A DNA stretch of 64,000 nt, taken from assembly GCA_963772835.1 (NCBI GenBank), contig CAVYYZ010000008.1:128001-192000 (forward strand). Direction: 5' to 3'. The translations under genes and the position numbers were made by a program. Origin of the DNA: an uncultured delta proteobacterium (GTDB lineage Bacteria > Desulfobacterota > Desulfuromonadia > Geobacterales > Pseudopelobacteraceae). Position 1 is the first letter of the stretch. Each line of letters begins with the position of its first letter. Shown piece after piece: positions 1-10,552 of this stretch. Under the pieces are notes generated by a model that saw nothing but the letters and a program-made list of their open reading frames with translations, made no database searches and had not been told where the DNA came from.

Positions 1-128
1 AAATCGGACACACCGAACTGGTCGGCCGTGAAATTTTTACGAACTTTCTGCTGCCTTTTGAAATCACCTCGATACTGCTGTTAGTTGCAATCATCGGCGC
101 AGTCATCCTGGCCAAGAAAAAAATATAA
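1..128 (+). CDS. nuoJ: NADH-quinone oxidoreductase subunit J, 3' end (partial)
   Basis: Frame from nt 3 reads [41 protein letters not shown]; the [17 protein letters not shown] motif is the NuoJ C-terminus; directly precedes nuoK. Confidence 0.9.
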   Translation, partial: IGHTELVGREIFTNFLLPFEITSILLLVAIIGAVILAKKKI

Positions 129-142
129 GAGGGATATATTTC

Positions 143-445
143 ATGGAAAACCTGAACAGCTATCTCATCGTAAGCGCCATACTTTTTACCATCGGTACGA
201 TAGGCGTCCTGACACGCAAGAACGTAATTGTCATGTTCATGTGCATCGAGCTGATGCTGAATGCAGTAAACCTGACTTTTGTTGCATTCTCCCGTCATCT
301 CGGCAACCTGGACGGCCAGATATTCGTCTTCTTCATCATGACAGTTGCGGCCGCTGAAGCGGCTGTCGGCCTGGCGCTTATCATCGCGTTCTTCAACAAT
401 AAAGAATCAATTGATGTTGACGATATCAATTTGATGAAGTGGTAG
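143..445 (+). CDS. nuoK: NADH-quinone oxidoreductase subunit K
   Basis: 100 aa; [10 protein letters not shown] and [11 protein letters not shown] motifs. Confidence 0.97.
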   Translation: MENLNSYLIVSAILFTIGTIGVLTRKNVIVMFMCIELMLNAVNLTFVAFSRHLGNLDGQIFVFFIMTVAAAEAAVGLALIIAFFNNKESIDVDDINLMKW

Positions 446-499
446 ATCCGCGCCTCACTCTTACGACTATGATTAATGATTGTATAAAAGGAGTCTTAC

Positions 500-2494
500 A
501 TGTTTGACAAGGTATGGCTAATCCCGCTCTTCCCGCTCATCGGGTTCCTGATCAATGGACTCTTCGGGAAAAAGATCAAGAATGAGGCTGTAATCGGCGG
601 AATCGGTACGCTGATGATCTTCCTGTCATTCCTGGTGTCGTGCGGAATACTCATGCAGATGATCGGTCTTCCTCCGGAGCAGAGAGTATTTGAAAAAGTT
701 CTTTTCCCGTGGATCCATTCCGGCAATTTTAAGGCAGATATGGCCTTTCTCGTTGATCCTCTTTCGGTTGTCATGATCATGGTCGTTACCGGAGTCGGTT
801 CACTGATACATCTCTATTCCATCGGTTATATGCATGGAGAAGAGGGCTTTTATCGATTTTTCGCGTATCTGAATCTGTTCTGTATGTCGATGCTTCTTCT
901 TGTGCTCGGCAGCAATATGCTGGTTATGTTTATCGGTTGGGAAGGAGTCGGGCTCTGCTCATACCTGCTGATCGGATATTATTTCCACAAGAAGTCCGCC
1001 GGAGATGCTGCAAAAAAAGCGTTTGTCATGAACCGGGTCGGTGACTTCGGCTTTCTGATCGGTCTTTTTACTCTCTACTGGTGGTTCGGCAGTAATCACA
1101 ATATCTGGACGGTCAATTTCACAGAAATAAAGGCAGCTTCACATCTGCTCCCGTATGGCGGTGTTGTGACGATCGCCACATTATGTTTTTTTGTCGGTGC
1201 CACGGGAAAATCTGCCCAGATTCCGCTCTTTACCTGGCTGCCTGACGCCATGGAAGGTCCCACACCCGTTTCTGCACTGATCCACGCCGCGACCATGGTA
1301 ACTGCTGGTGTCTACATGATCGGCAGAATGAGCTTCGTGTTTATAAAATCACCTGAAACCATGATGATTATTGCCGTTGTCGGCGCCGCGACGGCAATCT
1401 TTGCTGCAACAATCGGCACGGCACAAAACGACATCAAACGGGTACTGGCCTACTCCACGGTATCGCAGCTCGGCTACATGTTCCTGGCTATGGGGGTCGG
1501 CGCATTCAGTGCGGGTATCTTCCACCTGATGACGCACGCGTTCTTCAAGGCATGTCTGTTCCTTGGCTCTGGCTCGGTTATTCATGCAATGCACCACGCG
1601 CTGCATAAAGTCCACTCCAATGATGATGCTCAGGATATGCGCAACATGGGCGGACTTCGCAAGGCTATGCCGATTACGTTTCTCACGTTTCTGGTCTCAA
1701 CTATCGCCATTTCCGGTATACCCGGCTTCTCCGGTTTCTTCTCCAAAGACGAGATCCTCTGGCAGTCGTTTTCAAACCCGTATCAAGGTAATTTGAATAT
1801 TGTCCTGTGGGGTATTGGAGCGATAGCCGCATGTCTTACCGCTTTTTACATGTTCCGTCTGGTTTTCATGACCTTTTTCGGTGAAAGCCGCATTAATGCT
1901 AAAGCCAAGGAGTATCTCCACGAGTCTCCGCTGGTTATCACAATACCGCTGATGGTTCTCGGTGCTCTTGCCGCTGTCGGCGGGTATCTTGGCATGCCAA
2001 AAATATTCGGAATGCTGCCGAATTACTTTGAACACTGGTTGGATCCGGTATTTGAACTTTCAGCAGAATACGGCAGTACATATGCCCAACATGCGGCCCA
2101 TCCGAGCTTAGCGCTGGAATGGGGACTGATGGGTCTGTCCGTTGTCATCGCATTAGTCGGCATAGGCATCGCCTTTACCATGTACGTCAAGAATACCGAA
2201 CTGCCCGGAAAGTTTGTCGCCACCTTCCCGGCGCTTCACCGTGCCGTGTATAACAAATGGTACGTGGATGAACTTTATGACTACGTGTTTGTAAACCCCT
2301 GCAAGGCGTTCGGCCAGTTCCTCTGGAAAGGATTCGATGTTCTTGTTATTGACGGGGTAGTCAACGGCGTAGCCAATGTTGTGCTGGGATTCAGCGGGAT
2401 ATTCCGCTATATGCAGTCCGGTTACATTTACAACTATGCATTTTCAATGGCGCTCGGTGTAGTTGTCATGCTTGGCTACTTCATTTTTAAATAA
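500..2494 (+). CDS. nuoL: NADH-quinone oxidoreductase subunit L
   Basis: 664 aa membrane protein; GKSAQIPLFTWLPDAMEGPTPVSALIHAATMV motif; AGGAG RBS. Confidence 0.97.
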   Translation: MFDKVWLIPLFPLIGFLINGLFGKKIKNEAVIGGIGTLMIFLSFLVSCGILMQMIGLPPEQRVFEKVLFPWIHSGNFKADMAFLVDPLSVVMIMVVTGVGSLIHLYSIGYMHGEEGFYRFFAYLNLFCMSMLLLVLGSNMLVMFIGWEGVGLCSYLLIGYYFHKKSAGDAAKKAFVMNRVGDFGFLIGLFTLYWWFGSNHNIWTVNFTEIKAASHLLPYGGVVTIATLCFFVGATGKSAQIPLFTWLPDAMEGPTPVSALIHAATMVTAGVYMIGRMSFVFIKSPETMMIIAVVGAATAIFAATIGTAQNDIKRVLAYSTVSQLGYMFLAMGVGAFSAGIFHLMTHAFFKACLFLGSGSVIHAMHHALHKVHSNDDAQDMRNMGGLRKAMPITFLTFLVSTIAISGIPGFSGFFSKDEILWQSFSNPYQGNLNIVLWGIGAIAACLTAFYMFRLVFMTFFGESRINAKAKEYLHESPLVITIPLMVLGALAAVGGYLGMPKIFGMLPNYFEHWLDPVFELSAEYGSTYAQHAAHPSLALEWGLMGLSVVIALVGIGIAFTMYVKNTELPGKFVATFPALHRAVYNKWYVDELYDYVFVNPCKAFGQFLWKGFDVLVIDGVVNGVANVVLGFSGIFRYMQSGYIYNYAFSMALGVVVMLGYFIFK

Positions 2495-2533
2495 CCAATT
2501 CAATTAGCACTTTGTATAAAGGAGCACGAATTC

Positions 2534-4213
2534 ATGAGTAACGTACTGAGCCTGACGACATTCCTGCCGATACTGGGTGTCCTGCTGCTGCTGTTCATTC
2601 CCAAAGACAGCAAAGGAGTACTTCGGAATGTCACCCTCGCGGTAACAGTAGTCACTTTCCTGGTGTCACTGATCATGCTGACTGGCTTCCAGAGTAATGC
2701 TGAGTTCCAGTTTGTTGAAAATGTACCCTGGATTGCGGCCGGACCGTTTGTCATGCGCTATAACATCGGTATTGACGGAATCAGCCTCTGGCTTGTGATC
2801 CTCACTACATTCATTATGCCGATTGCTGTTCTTTCGACATATACTGCTGTTGAAGAGAAAGTGAAAGAGTATATGGTCTGCCTGCTGCTGCTTGAAACTG
2901 GCATGCTGGGAGCATTCATCTCGCTGGATCTTTTCCTGTTCTATATATTCTGGGAAGTTATGTTGATCCCGATGTATTTCATGATCGGAATCTGGGGCGG
3001 AAAGAACAAGATTTATGCGGCGGTGAAATTCTTCATATATACGATGGTTGGATCACTATTGATGCTTGTTGCTCTGATATTCCTGTATTTCAAAGGGATG
3101 CAGGCCGGCATCACGGACTTTGGTCTGCTGCAGTTCTTTAATCTCAAACTTGACATGGCCACGCAGATATGGTTGTTCCTGGCTTTTGCCTTTGCGTTTG
3201 CAATCAAGGTCCCAATGTTTCCGCTTCACACATGGTTGCCGGACGCCCATACTGAAGCGCCGACAGCCGGTTCGGTCATATTGGCTGCAGTGCTTTTGAA
3301 AATGGGAACCTACGGGTATGTCCGCTTTGCAATTCCGCTCTTTCCCGAGGCGGCTCATATGTTTGCGCCGCTGATCGCGACGCTTGCGGTTATCGGTATT
3401 ATCTACGCAGCTCTCGTCGCCATGGTTCAGGAAGATGTTAAAAAACTGGTTGCCTACTCTTCCGTTGCCCATCTCGGTTTTGTAATGCTCGGCGTATTTG
3501 CTTTCAACGTTGAGGGAATTACCGGCGGCATGCTGCAGATGATCAATCACGGTATCTCAACCGGGGCATTGTTCCTTATCGTCGGCTTTATTTACGAACG
3601 TCGTCATACACGACTGATTACCGATTTCGGCGGACTTTCAAAGCAGATGCCGATATTTGCAACAGTATTCATGATCGTCACTTTTTCATCAGTCGGCCTC
3701 CCCGGTACCAATGGGTTTGTCGGTGAATTCCTGATTCTGCTCGGAGCCTTCGAAGGCCCGTTACGGTGGTGGACAGTGGTTGCAACGAGCGGCGTAATCC
3801 TCTCGGCTGTCTACATGCTCTGGGTTTTCCAGCGTGTCATGTTCGGAGAGCTCGATAATCCTAAAAATCAGAAACTGCTTGACTTGAACGGACGTGAAAT
3901 TGCGATCATGGTTCCACTGATAATAATGATCTTTGTCATGGGACTCTACCCCAAACCGTTCATAGATAAAATGGACCCTGCAATTAAGAAACTTGTTGCG
4001 CAGGTTCGCGTTGCATCCGTAAACGCTCAGGCAATTCCTGCCCCCAGTCAGATGCAGATGCCGGAAGGTCATCAGGGCACGCAGCAGATGCCTGCTGAAC
4101 AGCAGGGTGGTCAGATGCCTGCAGGACATGCGGGCGGTGAAAAACCTGCCGGTCATCCCGGTATGGATGCATCTTCAACACCACCTGCTGCCAACCCGCA
4201 TAGTGCAAAGTAA
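2534..4213 (+). CDS. nuoM: NADH-quinone oxidoreductase subunit M with low-complexity His/Met/Gln-rich C-terminal tail
   Basis: KVPMFPLHTWLPDAHTEAPTAGS motif; operon order. Confidence 0.96.
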   Translation: MSNVLSLTTFLPILGVLLLLFIPKDSKGVLRNVTLAVTVVTFLVSLIMLTGFQSNAEFQFVENVPWIAAGPFVMRYNIGIDGISLWLVILTTFIMPIAVLSTYTAVEEKVKEYMVCLLLLETGMLGAFISLDLFLFYIFWEVMLIPMYFMIGIWGGKNKIYAAVKFFIYTMVGSLLMLVALIFLYFKGMQAGITDFGLLQFFNLKLDMATQIWLFLAFAFAFAIKVPMFPLHTWLPDAHTEAPTAGSVILAAVLLKMGTYGYVRFAIPLFPEAAHMFAPLIATLAVIGIIYAALVAMVQEDVKKLVAYSSVAHLGFVMLGVFAFNVEGITGGMLQMINHGISTGALFLIVGFIYERRHTRLITDFGGLSKQMPIFATVFMIVTFSSVGLPGTNGFVGEFLILLGAFEGPLRWWTVVATSGVILSAVYMLWVFQRVMFGELDNPKNQKLLDLNGREIAIMVPLIIMIFVMGLYPKPFIDKMDPAIKKLVAQVRVASVNAQAIPAPSQMQMPEGHQGTQQMPAEQQGGQMPAGHAGGEKPAGHPGMDASSTPPAANPHSAK

Positions 4214-4250
4214 ATTACTAACGAGTCAATCCGACCGGAGGATATTTTAG

Positions 4251-5708
4251 ATGGACATGATTTTAATTCCAGCCGTCAATATGACGCCGATTCTACCGGA
4301 GATATTTCTCTCAGTGCTGGCAATGGTTCTACTGCTGGTCAACGTTTTCAGACCAGGCGGTCAGAAGTCGTACATTGCATACGTCAGCTTCTTCGGTATT
4401 GTTGCGACAGCGGTTCTTGTCGGTGCCGGATGGGGCGGACACATCGAGAGTTTCAGCGGTTCGGTTGTTCTCGACAACTTTGCAACTTTTTTCAAGATGA
4501 TATTTCTGGTTGCTGCCGGTTTGACAGTCCTGATATCAGATGGCTACATGGAGAGAGAAGGGTGTAACCACGGTGAATTATATCCGTTGATCCTTTTTGC
4601 CGTGGTCGGAATGATGCTGATGGCGTCCGGAACCGATCTTATGACGATCTTTCTCGGACTTGAAGTTATGTCTGTCTCGCTCTATGTTCTTGCCGGATTC
4701 AACAGGGCCAACAAAAAGTCAAATGAGGCCGGCCTCAAATACTTCATGCTTGGGGCCTTCTCTACCGGTTTTATGCTGTATGGCATGGCGCTCATCTATG
4801 GAGCGACAGGCACAACACGCCTGTATAAGATAGCCGCAATTGTAGGGCAAATGACCCTGCCGTCCGCTAATATCATGCTGGTAGCCGGCATGTTGCTCAT
4901 GATGACCGGTTTTGCATTCAAAATCGCTGCAGCACCATTCCATATGTGGACTCCTGATGTGTACGAGGGGGCTCCAACGCCGATGACCGCCTTCATGTCT
5001 GCAGGACCAAAGGCTGCCGGTTTCGCCGCACTGCTCCGTATATTTCTGGTTGCACTCCCGACGCTGCAGGTTGAATGGAGCCAGGTCCTCTGGGTGCTGG
5101 CTGTATTAACGATGACCGTCGGAAATATAACCGCGCTTCGTCAGGACAACATCAAGCGCATTCTTGCCTATTCCTCCATTGCACATGCAGGATACGCTCT
5201 CGTCGGTTTTGCCGCCGGAAACGGAACCGGTACGGCAGGTATCCTGTTCTATATGCTTTCTTATGCATTCATGAACATCGGAGCATTTGCCATTGTTATC
5301 CTCGTTGCCAAAAAGGGTGAGACAAACGGGAACGTCTCCGACTTTGCCGGCCTCGGCTTCAAACGCCCGCTTTTAGCTCTTGTCATGACACTGTTTCTGT
5401 TCTCGCTGGCAGGTGTACCACCGGCGGCCGGATTTATCGGTAAATTCTACCTCTTCTCCGGAGCAATCCAGAAGGGATTCATCTGGCTGGCAGTCATCGG
5501 AGTGCTTAACAGCGCCGCATCTGTCTACTACTATCTCCGTATCATGGTTTATATGTATTTCAAGGAATCGACAGAAGATTTTGCCTGGATACAGGTTACC
5601 GCCCCGGTCGCCCTGGCGCTTGCAATTGCTGCCGCCGGTACTCTGATCCCCGGTATTGTGCCGTCATATATTCTTCAGTACGCACAGATGGCGGTCAAGC
5701 TCATGTAG
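4251..5708 (+). CDS. nuoN: NADH-quinone oxidoreductase subunit N
   Basis: FKIAAAPFHMWTPDVYEGAPTP motif; operon order. Confidence 0.96.
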   Translation: MDMILIPAVNMTPILPEIFLSVLAMVLLLVNVFRPGGQKSYIAYVSFFGIVATAVLVGAGWGGHIESFSGSVVLDNFATFFKMIFLVAAGLTVLISDGYMEREGCNHGELYPLILFAVVGMMLMASGTDLMTIFLGLEVMSVSLYVLAGFNRANKKSNEAGLKYFMLGAFSTGFMLYGMALIYGATGTTRLYKIAAIVGQMTLPSANIMLVAGMLLMMTGFAFKIAAAPFHMWTPDVYEGAPTPMTAFMSAGPKAAGFAALLRIFLVALPTLQVEWSQVLWVLAVLTMTVGNITALRQDNIKRILAYSSIAHAGYALVGFAAGNGTGTAGILFYMLSYAFMNIGAFAIVILVAKKGETNGNVSDFAGLGFKRPLLALVMTLFLFSLAGVPPAAGFIGKFYLFSGAIQKGFIWLAVIGVLNSAASVYYYLRIMVYMYFKESTEDFAWIQVTAPVALALAIAAAGTLIPGIVPSYILQYAQMAVKLM

Positions 5709-5730
5709 TCTGTCACACCATTCGTTTTAT

Positions 5731-5765
5731 ACAAAGGGCGGCCTCCTTGAGAGACCGCCCTTTGT
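5731..5765 (+). terminator. Intrinsic terminator after nuo operon
   Basis: ACAAAGGGCGG...CCGCCCTTTGT hairpin followed by AT-rich tail. Confidence 0.75.
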
Positions 5766-5915
5766 ATTTAACAGACGGTAAAAAACAATCCAGTTTCGGG
5801 GCTGGCAAGTTAGAAGTTGTTTTCTGCCCTTTTCTGAGAGAAGATACTGTCGATTGCGCTTGAATTCCAAATATATGTTTGCATGAACAATTGAATCGGC
5901 CATTCAGGAGTCAAT

Positions 5916-6779
5916 ATGTCCTCAAAAGAAGTCTGGACACCGCTGAATATACTTGTCTGGACCAGGGACTTCCTGTCATTAAAGGGAATTACCAACGCCC
6001 GCCTGGAAGCGGAATGGCTTCTCTGTACTGCTATGGGACTTGACCGGGTCGGTCTGTATCTGCACTATGACAAACCTTTAACTGACGGTGAGCTGACGGT
6101 GTACCGAACCCTCATCGCCCGGAGAGCCAAACGGGAGCCGCTCCAGCATATTCTGGGGAGTCAGGAGTTTTACGGGCTTGATTATGAGGTTACCCCTGAA
6201 GTTCTGATACCGAGACATGACACTGAATTGCTGGTGACAGAGGCGGCCGCACGGTATCCGGATGCACGCACGGTCCTGGATATCGGAACAGGGAGTGGAT
6301 GTATTGCGGTCTCTCTGAAGAAGAAACTCATCCGGGCTGCTGTTACGGCCACTGATCTATCGGAAGCCGCTCTTGCAGTAGCGCGTCGCAACGCCGAAAA
6401 ACATTCTGCGGAGGTCGAATTTCTGTGCGGGTCACTGTTTACTCCGGTAGCCAGCCGCAGCTTCGACCTGATCGTATCTAATCCTCCGTATATACCTACG
6501 GCGGATATCGGAACACTGGATGTGGAGGTCCGCGACTTTGATCCTTTTAGCGCCCTTGATGGCGGCCGCGACGGGCTCGATATATACCGGCTGCTTGTCC
6601 CTGTGTCGATTGAACATTTGAACCCGGGTGGATGGCTGATGGTCGAAATCGGTATCGGTCAATCCAAAGACGTTGTACAGTTGTTCCGTAACACCTGCAT
6701 CTTTGATGAACCTATTGTCGCACGTGATTCCGGCGGGATCGAGCGAGTAGTTATGGCACAGCTAAAGGAGATACTATGA
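5916..6779 (+). CDS. prmC: Release factor glutamine methyltransferase (HemK/PrmC)
   Basis: REPLQHILG, VLIPRHDTE, LDIGTGSGCIA, VSNPPYI motifs. Confidence 0.95.
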   Translation: MSSKEVWTPLNILVWTRDFLSLKGITNARLEAEWLLCTAMGLDRVGLYLHYDKPLTDGELTVYRTLIARRAKREPLQHILGSQEFYGLDYEVTPEVLIPRHDTELLVTEAAARYPDARTVLDIGTGSGCIAVSLKKKLIRAAVTATDLSEAALAVARRNAEKHSAEVEFLCGSLFTPVASRSFDLIVSNPPYIPTADIGTLDVEVRDFDPFSALDGGRDGLDIYRLLVPVSIEHLNPGGWLMVEIGIGQSKDVVQLFRNTCIFDEPIVARDSGGIERVVMAQLKEIL

Positions 6780-7339
6780 ATATCGAAGAAGCGGGCAGGG
6801 TTCTGTCTGGGAGTGATCTGATAGTAACAGAATCTGAGGTTTGTGCTGCTATCGCACGGATTGCAGCTGAGATGACGGCAGAGTTGAAAGATTCTGATCC
6901 GGTGCTGGTGTGCTGCATGAATGGAGGGCTCGTCTTTGCAGGGCAGCTGCTGACAAAACTAGTATTTCCTCTCCAGGTTGATTATGTCCATGCCACCCGT
7001 TACGGCCATGCATTAAACGGTGTTGCGCTCGACTGGAAGGTCAGACCTCAGACAGACCTCCATGGAAGGACCGTGGTGCTTCTGGATGATATTCTCGATG
7101 AAGGGGTCACGCTTGCTGCCATCGCTGAGTATTGTCTCCATCAGGGTGCAGCGAAGGTTATGATGGCGGTGCTCGTTGAAAAGCTTCATTTGCGCAAAGT
7201 CACTCCGGGCATGCGTGCAGACTTTACCGGTATTGAGGTTGGTGATCGATTCCTGTTCGGTTACGGCCTTGACTATAAAGGGTACTGGAGAAATGCCCCC
7301 TGTATTTATGCGATCAAAGAGCGCGCGAAATTGGTTTAG
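6776..7339 (+). CDS. hpt: Hypoxanthine-guanine phosphoribosyltransferase
   Basis: VLLDDILDEGVTL PRPP-binding motif, FGYGLDY; ATGA overlap with prmC. Confidence 0.9.
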   Translation: MNIEEAGRVLSGSDLIVTESEVCAAIARIAAEMTAELKDSDPVLVCCMNGGLVFAGQLLTKLVFPLQVDYVHATRYGHALNGVALDWKVRPQTDLHGRTVVLLDDILDEGVTLAAIAEYCLHQGAAKVMMAVLVEKLHLRKVTPGMRADFTGIEVGDRFLFGYGLDYKGYWRNAPCIYAIKERAKLV

Positions 7340-7572
7340 GTTCCTGATAGTATGTGCAGAGAAAACGCGACGGATATTTTCGTTGGATGAAGGAACTTTA
7401 CAGGTGAGCCTCACCTGTTTCTGCACTGAGAAGGCACGACCGGTCAGTCACTCGTCCTTTGTCACACGATGGTGTCCTGCCTGTACCCATCAGGATATCC
7501 CCCGCTTTTTTTGATGGTCAGCGGTTCAGGCGTCACTCCAAACGGACGTACGGTATAATGTGAGGTATTCTG

Positions 7573-8388
7573 ATGGCACAACGACCGATTCTCTGTCCAC
7601 GCTGCAGGCGTTTGATAGGGAGCGATGAGACAACCTGCTCCTGGTGCGGCACATCCCGTTCTGCGCCCTGGTGGCAGTTTATGAACTGGTCACGGGGTGC
7701 TCTCGATGCCGACTGGCCTGTAAAAGCGATAATCACTGTCAATGTTCTGTTCTTTGCCGTTTCGCTCGCGTTAAGCGCCAGATCAGGGGGGGTGAGAGGT
7801 TTTCTCTCCCCCGGTCAGACCAGCCTTCTGCTGCTGGGCGCAACCGGCACATATCCGATTGATCAATTCGGCAGATACTGGTCGCTGATCAGTGCCAGCT
7901 ATCTGCATGGCGGCATTCTTCACCTCGTTTTCAATCTGATGGCCCTTAAGCAGATAGCTCCCAGAGTTGCGAGCGAGTTCGGTTCCAGCCGAATGTTCAG
8001 CATCTATACAATTGGTGGAATAATCGGATTTGGAGTTTCGTATCTTGCGGGAGTGCCATTCACTATTGGCGCTTCGGCAGCTGTCTGCGGTCTGATCGGC
8101 GCTCTGCTCTATTATGGAAAAAGCAGAGGCGGCGCCTATGGAAACTCTGTCTATCGGGAGGTGAGCGGTTGGGTGGTCAGCCTGTTCATATTCGGATTTA
8201 TATTCCCGGGGATAAATAACTGGGGGCATGGCGGCGGGATTCTCGGCGGGATTGTTGTTGCTGCAGTGGTAGGGTACAGCGAGCGGAGAAGGGAAAACCA
8301 CTTCGATAGGGCTCTGGCACTGCTCTGCGGTCTGGTTACGCTAGCTGTGCTGGGATGGAGTGTTCTGGGTGCCTTCCTTTCCCGCTGA
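7573..8388 (+). CDS. Rhomboid-family intramembrane serine protease with N-terminal Zn-ribbon
   Basis: CPRC...CSWC N-terminus, HGGILHLVFN, GAS catalytic Ser, GHGGG catalytic His. Confidence 0.9.
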   Translation: MAQRPILCPRCRRLIGSDETTCSWCGTSRSAPWWQFMNWSRGALDADWPVKAIITVNVLFFAVSLALSARSGGVRGFLSPGQTSLLLLGATGTYPIDQFGRYWSLISASYLHGGILHLVFNLMALKQIAPRVASEFGSSRMFSIYTIGGIIGFGVSYLAGVPFTIGASAAVCGLIGALLYYGKSRGGAYGNSVYREVSGWVVSLFIFGFIFPGINNWGHGGGILGGIVVAAVVGYSERRRENHFDRALALLCGLVTLAVLGWSVLGAFLSR

Positions 8389-8474
8389 ATTATCCGGCTG
8401 CTGTCTCTCCTTCCAGGAATTTTGAGCTTCCGACCATTCAGGTCTTACAATCACGTACAGGGAGTACTGCTTTA

Positions 8475-9044
8475 ATGATATGTCCGTATTGCAGGGAAAC
8501 AATTCAGGATGAAGCGATTAAATGCCGGTACTGCGGTTCTTCTCTCAGTGGAACATTCGGCCAGGGGACGTACATTGACAGCATTACTGCTGACGAATTA
8601 CGCGCTTTTGTCGGGCCCAATGCCGAGTATTATATGCAGAAATTTGCACATTTCAACAAAACGGGATCAGAAAAGTTTTGTCTGACATGGAATTGGTCGA
8701 CATTCGGGTTTACCTTTATCTGGATGCTGTACAGAAAAATGTATGTACCGGCTGTGATCACTTTTTTTCTCTTTTGTATCCCCGGCTTAAATATTCTCCT
8801 GCATCTTGTTGTTGGAGTTGTAGGTAACTATATGTATTATAAACATGTACAACGGAATATCCGTGAAATCCGGGCGATGCACCCACCTCAGAGTTGTTGT
8901 CCCATGCTTGAAAAAACGGGTGGAGTTAACCGGTGGGTGATCACAGTCGGGATTGTAGTCAGTGTTATTCTGGGAATACTCTGTGCCATCTTTTTCTCCG
9001 CAATCATTGCCTCTATTGGAAAAGTTGGAATGCTTTCTATTTAG
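8475..9044 (+). CDS. Zn-ribbon + DUF2628-like membrane protein
   Basis: MICPYCRETIQDEAIKCRYCG; WNWSTF...WMLYRKMY; start moved to ATG 8475 behind GGGAG RBS. Confidence 0.75.
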   Translation: MICPYCRETIQDEAIKCRYCGSSLSGTFGQGTYIDSITADELRAFVGPNAEYYMQKFAHFNKTGSEKFCLTWNWSTFGFTFIWMLYRKMYVPAVITFFLFCIPGLNILLHLVVGVVGNYMYYKHVQRNIREIRAMHPPQSCCPMLEKTGGVNRWVITVGIVVSVILGILCAIFFSAIIASIGKVGMLSI

Positions 9045-9240
9045 TTTCCGGCCGGAAACTATTTAAGAATGCTGGAATCCGGTCTACAATGGAGTAACCA
9101 CCTGCGTATTAAGAATGCCGACAATATGTGTGTCTGGGTGCAGCAGTCAGAGATGGTGGGTGATGTTCCCGTTGCGTGGGGACGCAGAATAAGTGGATGG
9201 CGATTCATAACTGCAGACAATGTGAGAAAGGAGAATACGG

Positions 9241-9666
9241 ATGACAGATCGACAGAGCAATTACAGCGTTGAACATATCGGCCCTTTTGATGATCTTCTC
9301 AAACGGGATTTCATGGGATTTCCCGGCAAGTATTTCGTTGGCAGGGAACTGGGCCTTACCGGCTGCGAAGTCTCTCTGAATCGTCTTCCTGCCGGGAAAT
9401 ACATGCCATTCCTGCATGCTCATCAAAAAAACGAAGAGCTGTATATCGTCCTGCGGGGTTCCGGTATGTTCTCCGTAGACGGTGATGAGTTTCCGATTCA
9501 GGAAGGGAGCCTGATCCGGGTCGCCCCTGAGGGGGAGCGGGGTTGGAAGGCGGGCGATGAAGACCTGTATTTTATCTGCATACAGGCCGAGGCCGGCAGC
9601 CTGAGTCAGTCGACCCTTGAAGACGGCGTCAGAACCGTCAATAAGAGTTCCTGGATGAAAAAATAG
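9241..9666 (+). CDS. Cupin-domain protein
   Basis: PFLHAHQKNEELYIVLRGSG cupin motif; AAGGAG RBS. Confidence 0.85.
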   Translation: MTDRQSNYSVEHIGPFDDLLKRDFMGFPGKYFVGRELGLTGCEVSLNRLPAGKYMPFLHAHQKNEELYIVLRGSGMFSVDGDEFPIQEGSLIRVAPEGERGWKAGDEDLYFICIQAEAGSLSQSTLEDGVRTVNKSSWMKK

Positions 9667-9772
9667 GTGTTTGAGTGCCACGGCGGCGGCAGCGATGAAG
9701 CAGTTATGACCAGAGTGAACACTCGTTCTGAGTTCAAAAAAGATGCCGCTAGCGAAGGAGTAGGGTGCAGAC

Positions 9773-10552
9773 ATGTGCCTGATCGTCTTTGCATATAACT
9801 GTCACCCGCGCTATCGATTGATCCTGGGTGCAAACAGGGATGAGTTTCGGCACCGTCCGACCGAGCCGGTCCGGTTCTGGAGTGATGCACCGCAGTTGCT
9901 GGCAGGACGCGACAGCGTAGCCGGAGGAACCTGGTTGGGAATAACGACGACCGGTAGGTTGGCGGCGTTAACCAATTATCGGGACCCGCACCGGCTGATG
10001 ACTGATCCGCCATCGCGAGGCCGACTGGTCTCCGCATATCTGCAGAATCCGCAGGAGAATCCAGAGGAGTTCCAGAGTGAGCTCGTCCGTACGGGCGGCA
10101 TGTACCGGGGGTTAAACCTGCTGTACGGCTCAGCGAGTGAACTGTTCTACTACACCAACAGGGGAGGTTCATCCGGTCCGGTTTCGCCCGGCATCCATGG
10201 CCTTTCCAATCATCTGCTTGATACCGGCTGGCCCAAGGTGACTGCCGCCTCGTCGCGACTCAAAGACATCGTGCAGCAGGCGCAGGTGGATCCGGAACAG
10301 ATTTTCTCGGCACTGTCTGATGCAGTGCCATTTGCTTATGACCTGCTGCCGGATACGGGAGTCGGTCCGGAACAGGAGCGTATGCTCTCGCCGCTCTTCA
10401 TAGAAAACGAACTGTATGGCACCCGTTCAACAACGGTACTGTTGATCGACCATCGTAATCGTGTGACGTTTTCAGAACGGTCCTTTGACCCTTCTGCCGG
10501 GTTTTCTACGCCCCGGCAGTTCAACTTCACTATTGTTCCCGGCACCCCATGA
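9773..10552 (+). CDS. NRDE/TANGO2-family protein
   Basis: MCLI N-terminus, ANRDEF, GGTWLG, YGTRSTT. Confidence 0.92.
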   Translation: MCLIVFAYNCHPRYRLILGANRDEFRHRPTEPVRFWSDAPQLLAGRDSVAGGTWLGITTTGRLAALTNYRDPHRLMTDPPSRGRLVSAYLQNPQENPEEFQSELVRTGGMYRGLNLLYGSASELFYYTNRGGSSGPVSPGIHGLSNHLLDTGWPKVTAASSRLKDIVQQAQVDPEQIFSALSDAVPFAYDLLPDTGVGPEQERMLSPLFIENELYGTRSTTVLLIDHRNRVTFSERSFDPSAGFSTPRQFNFTIVPGTP

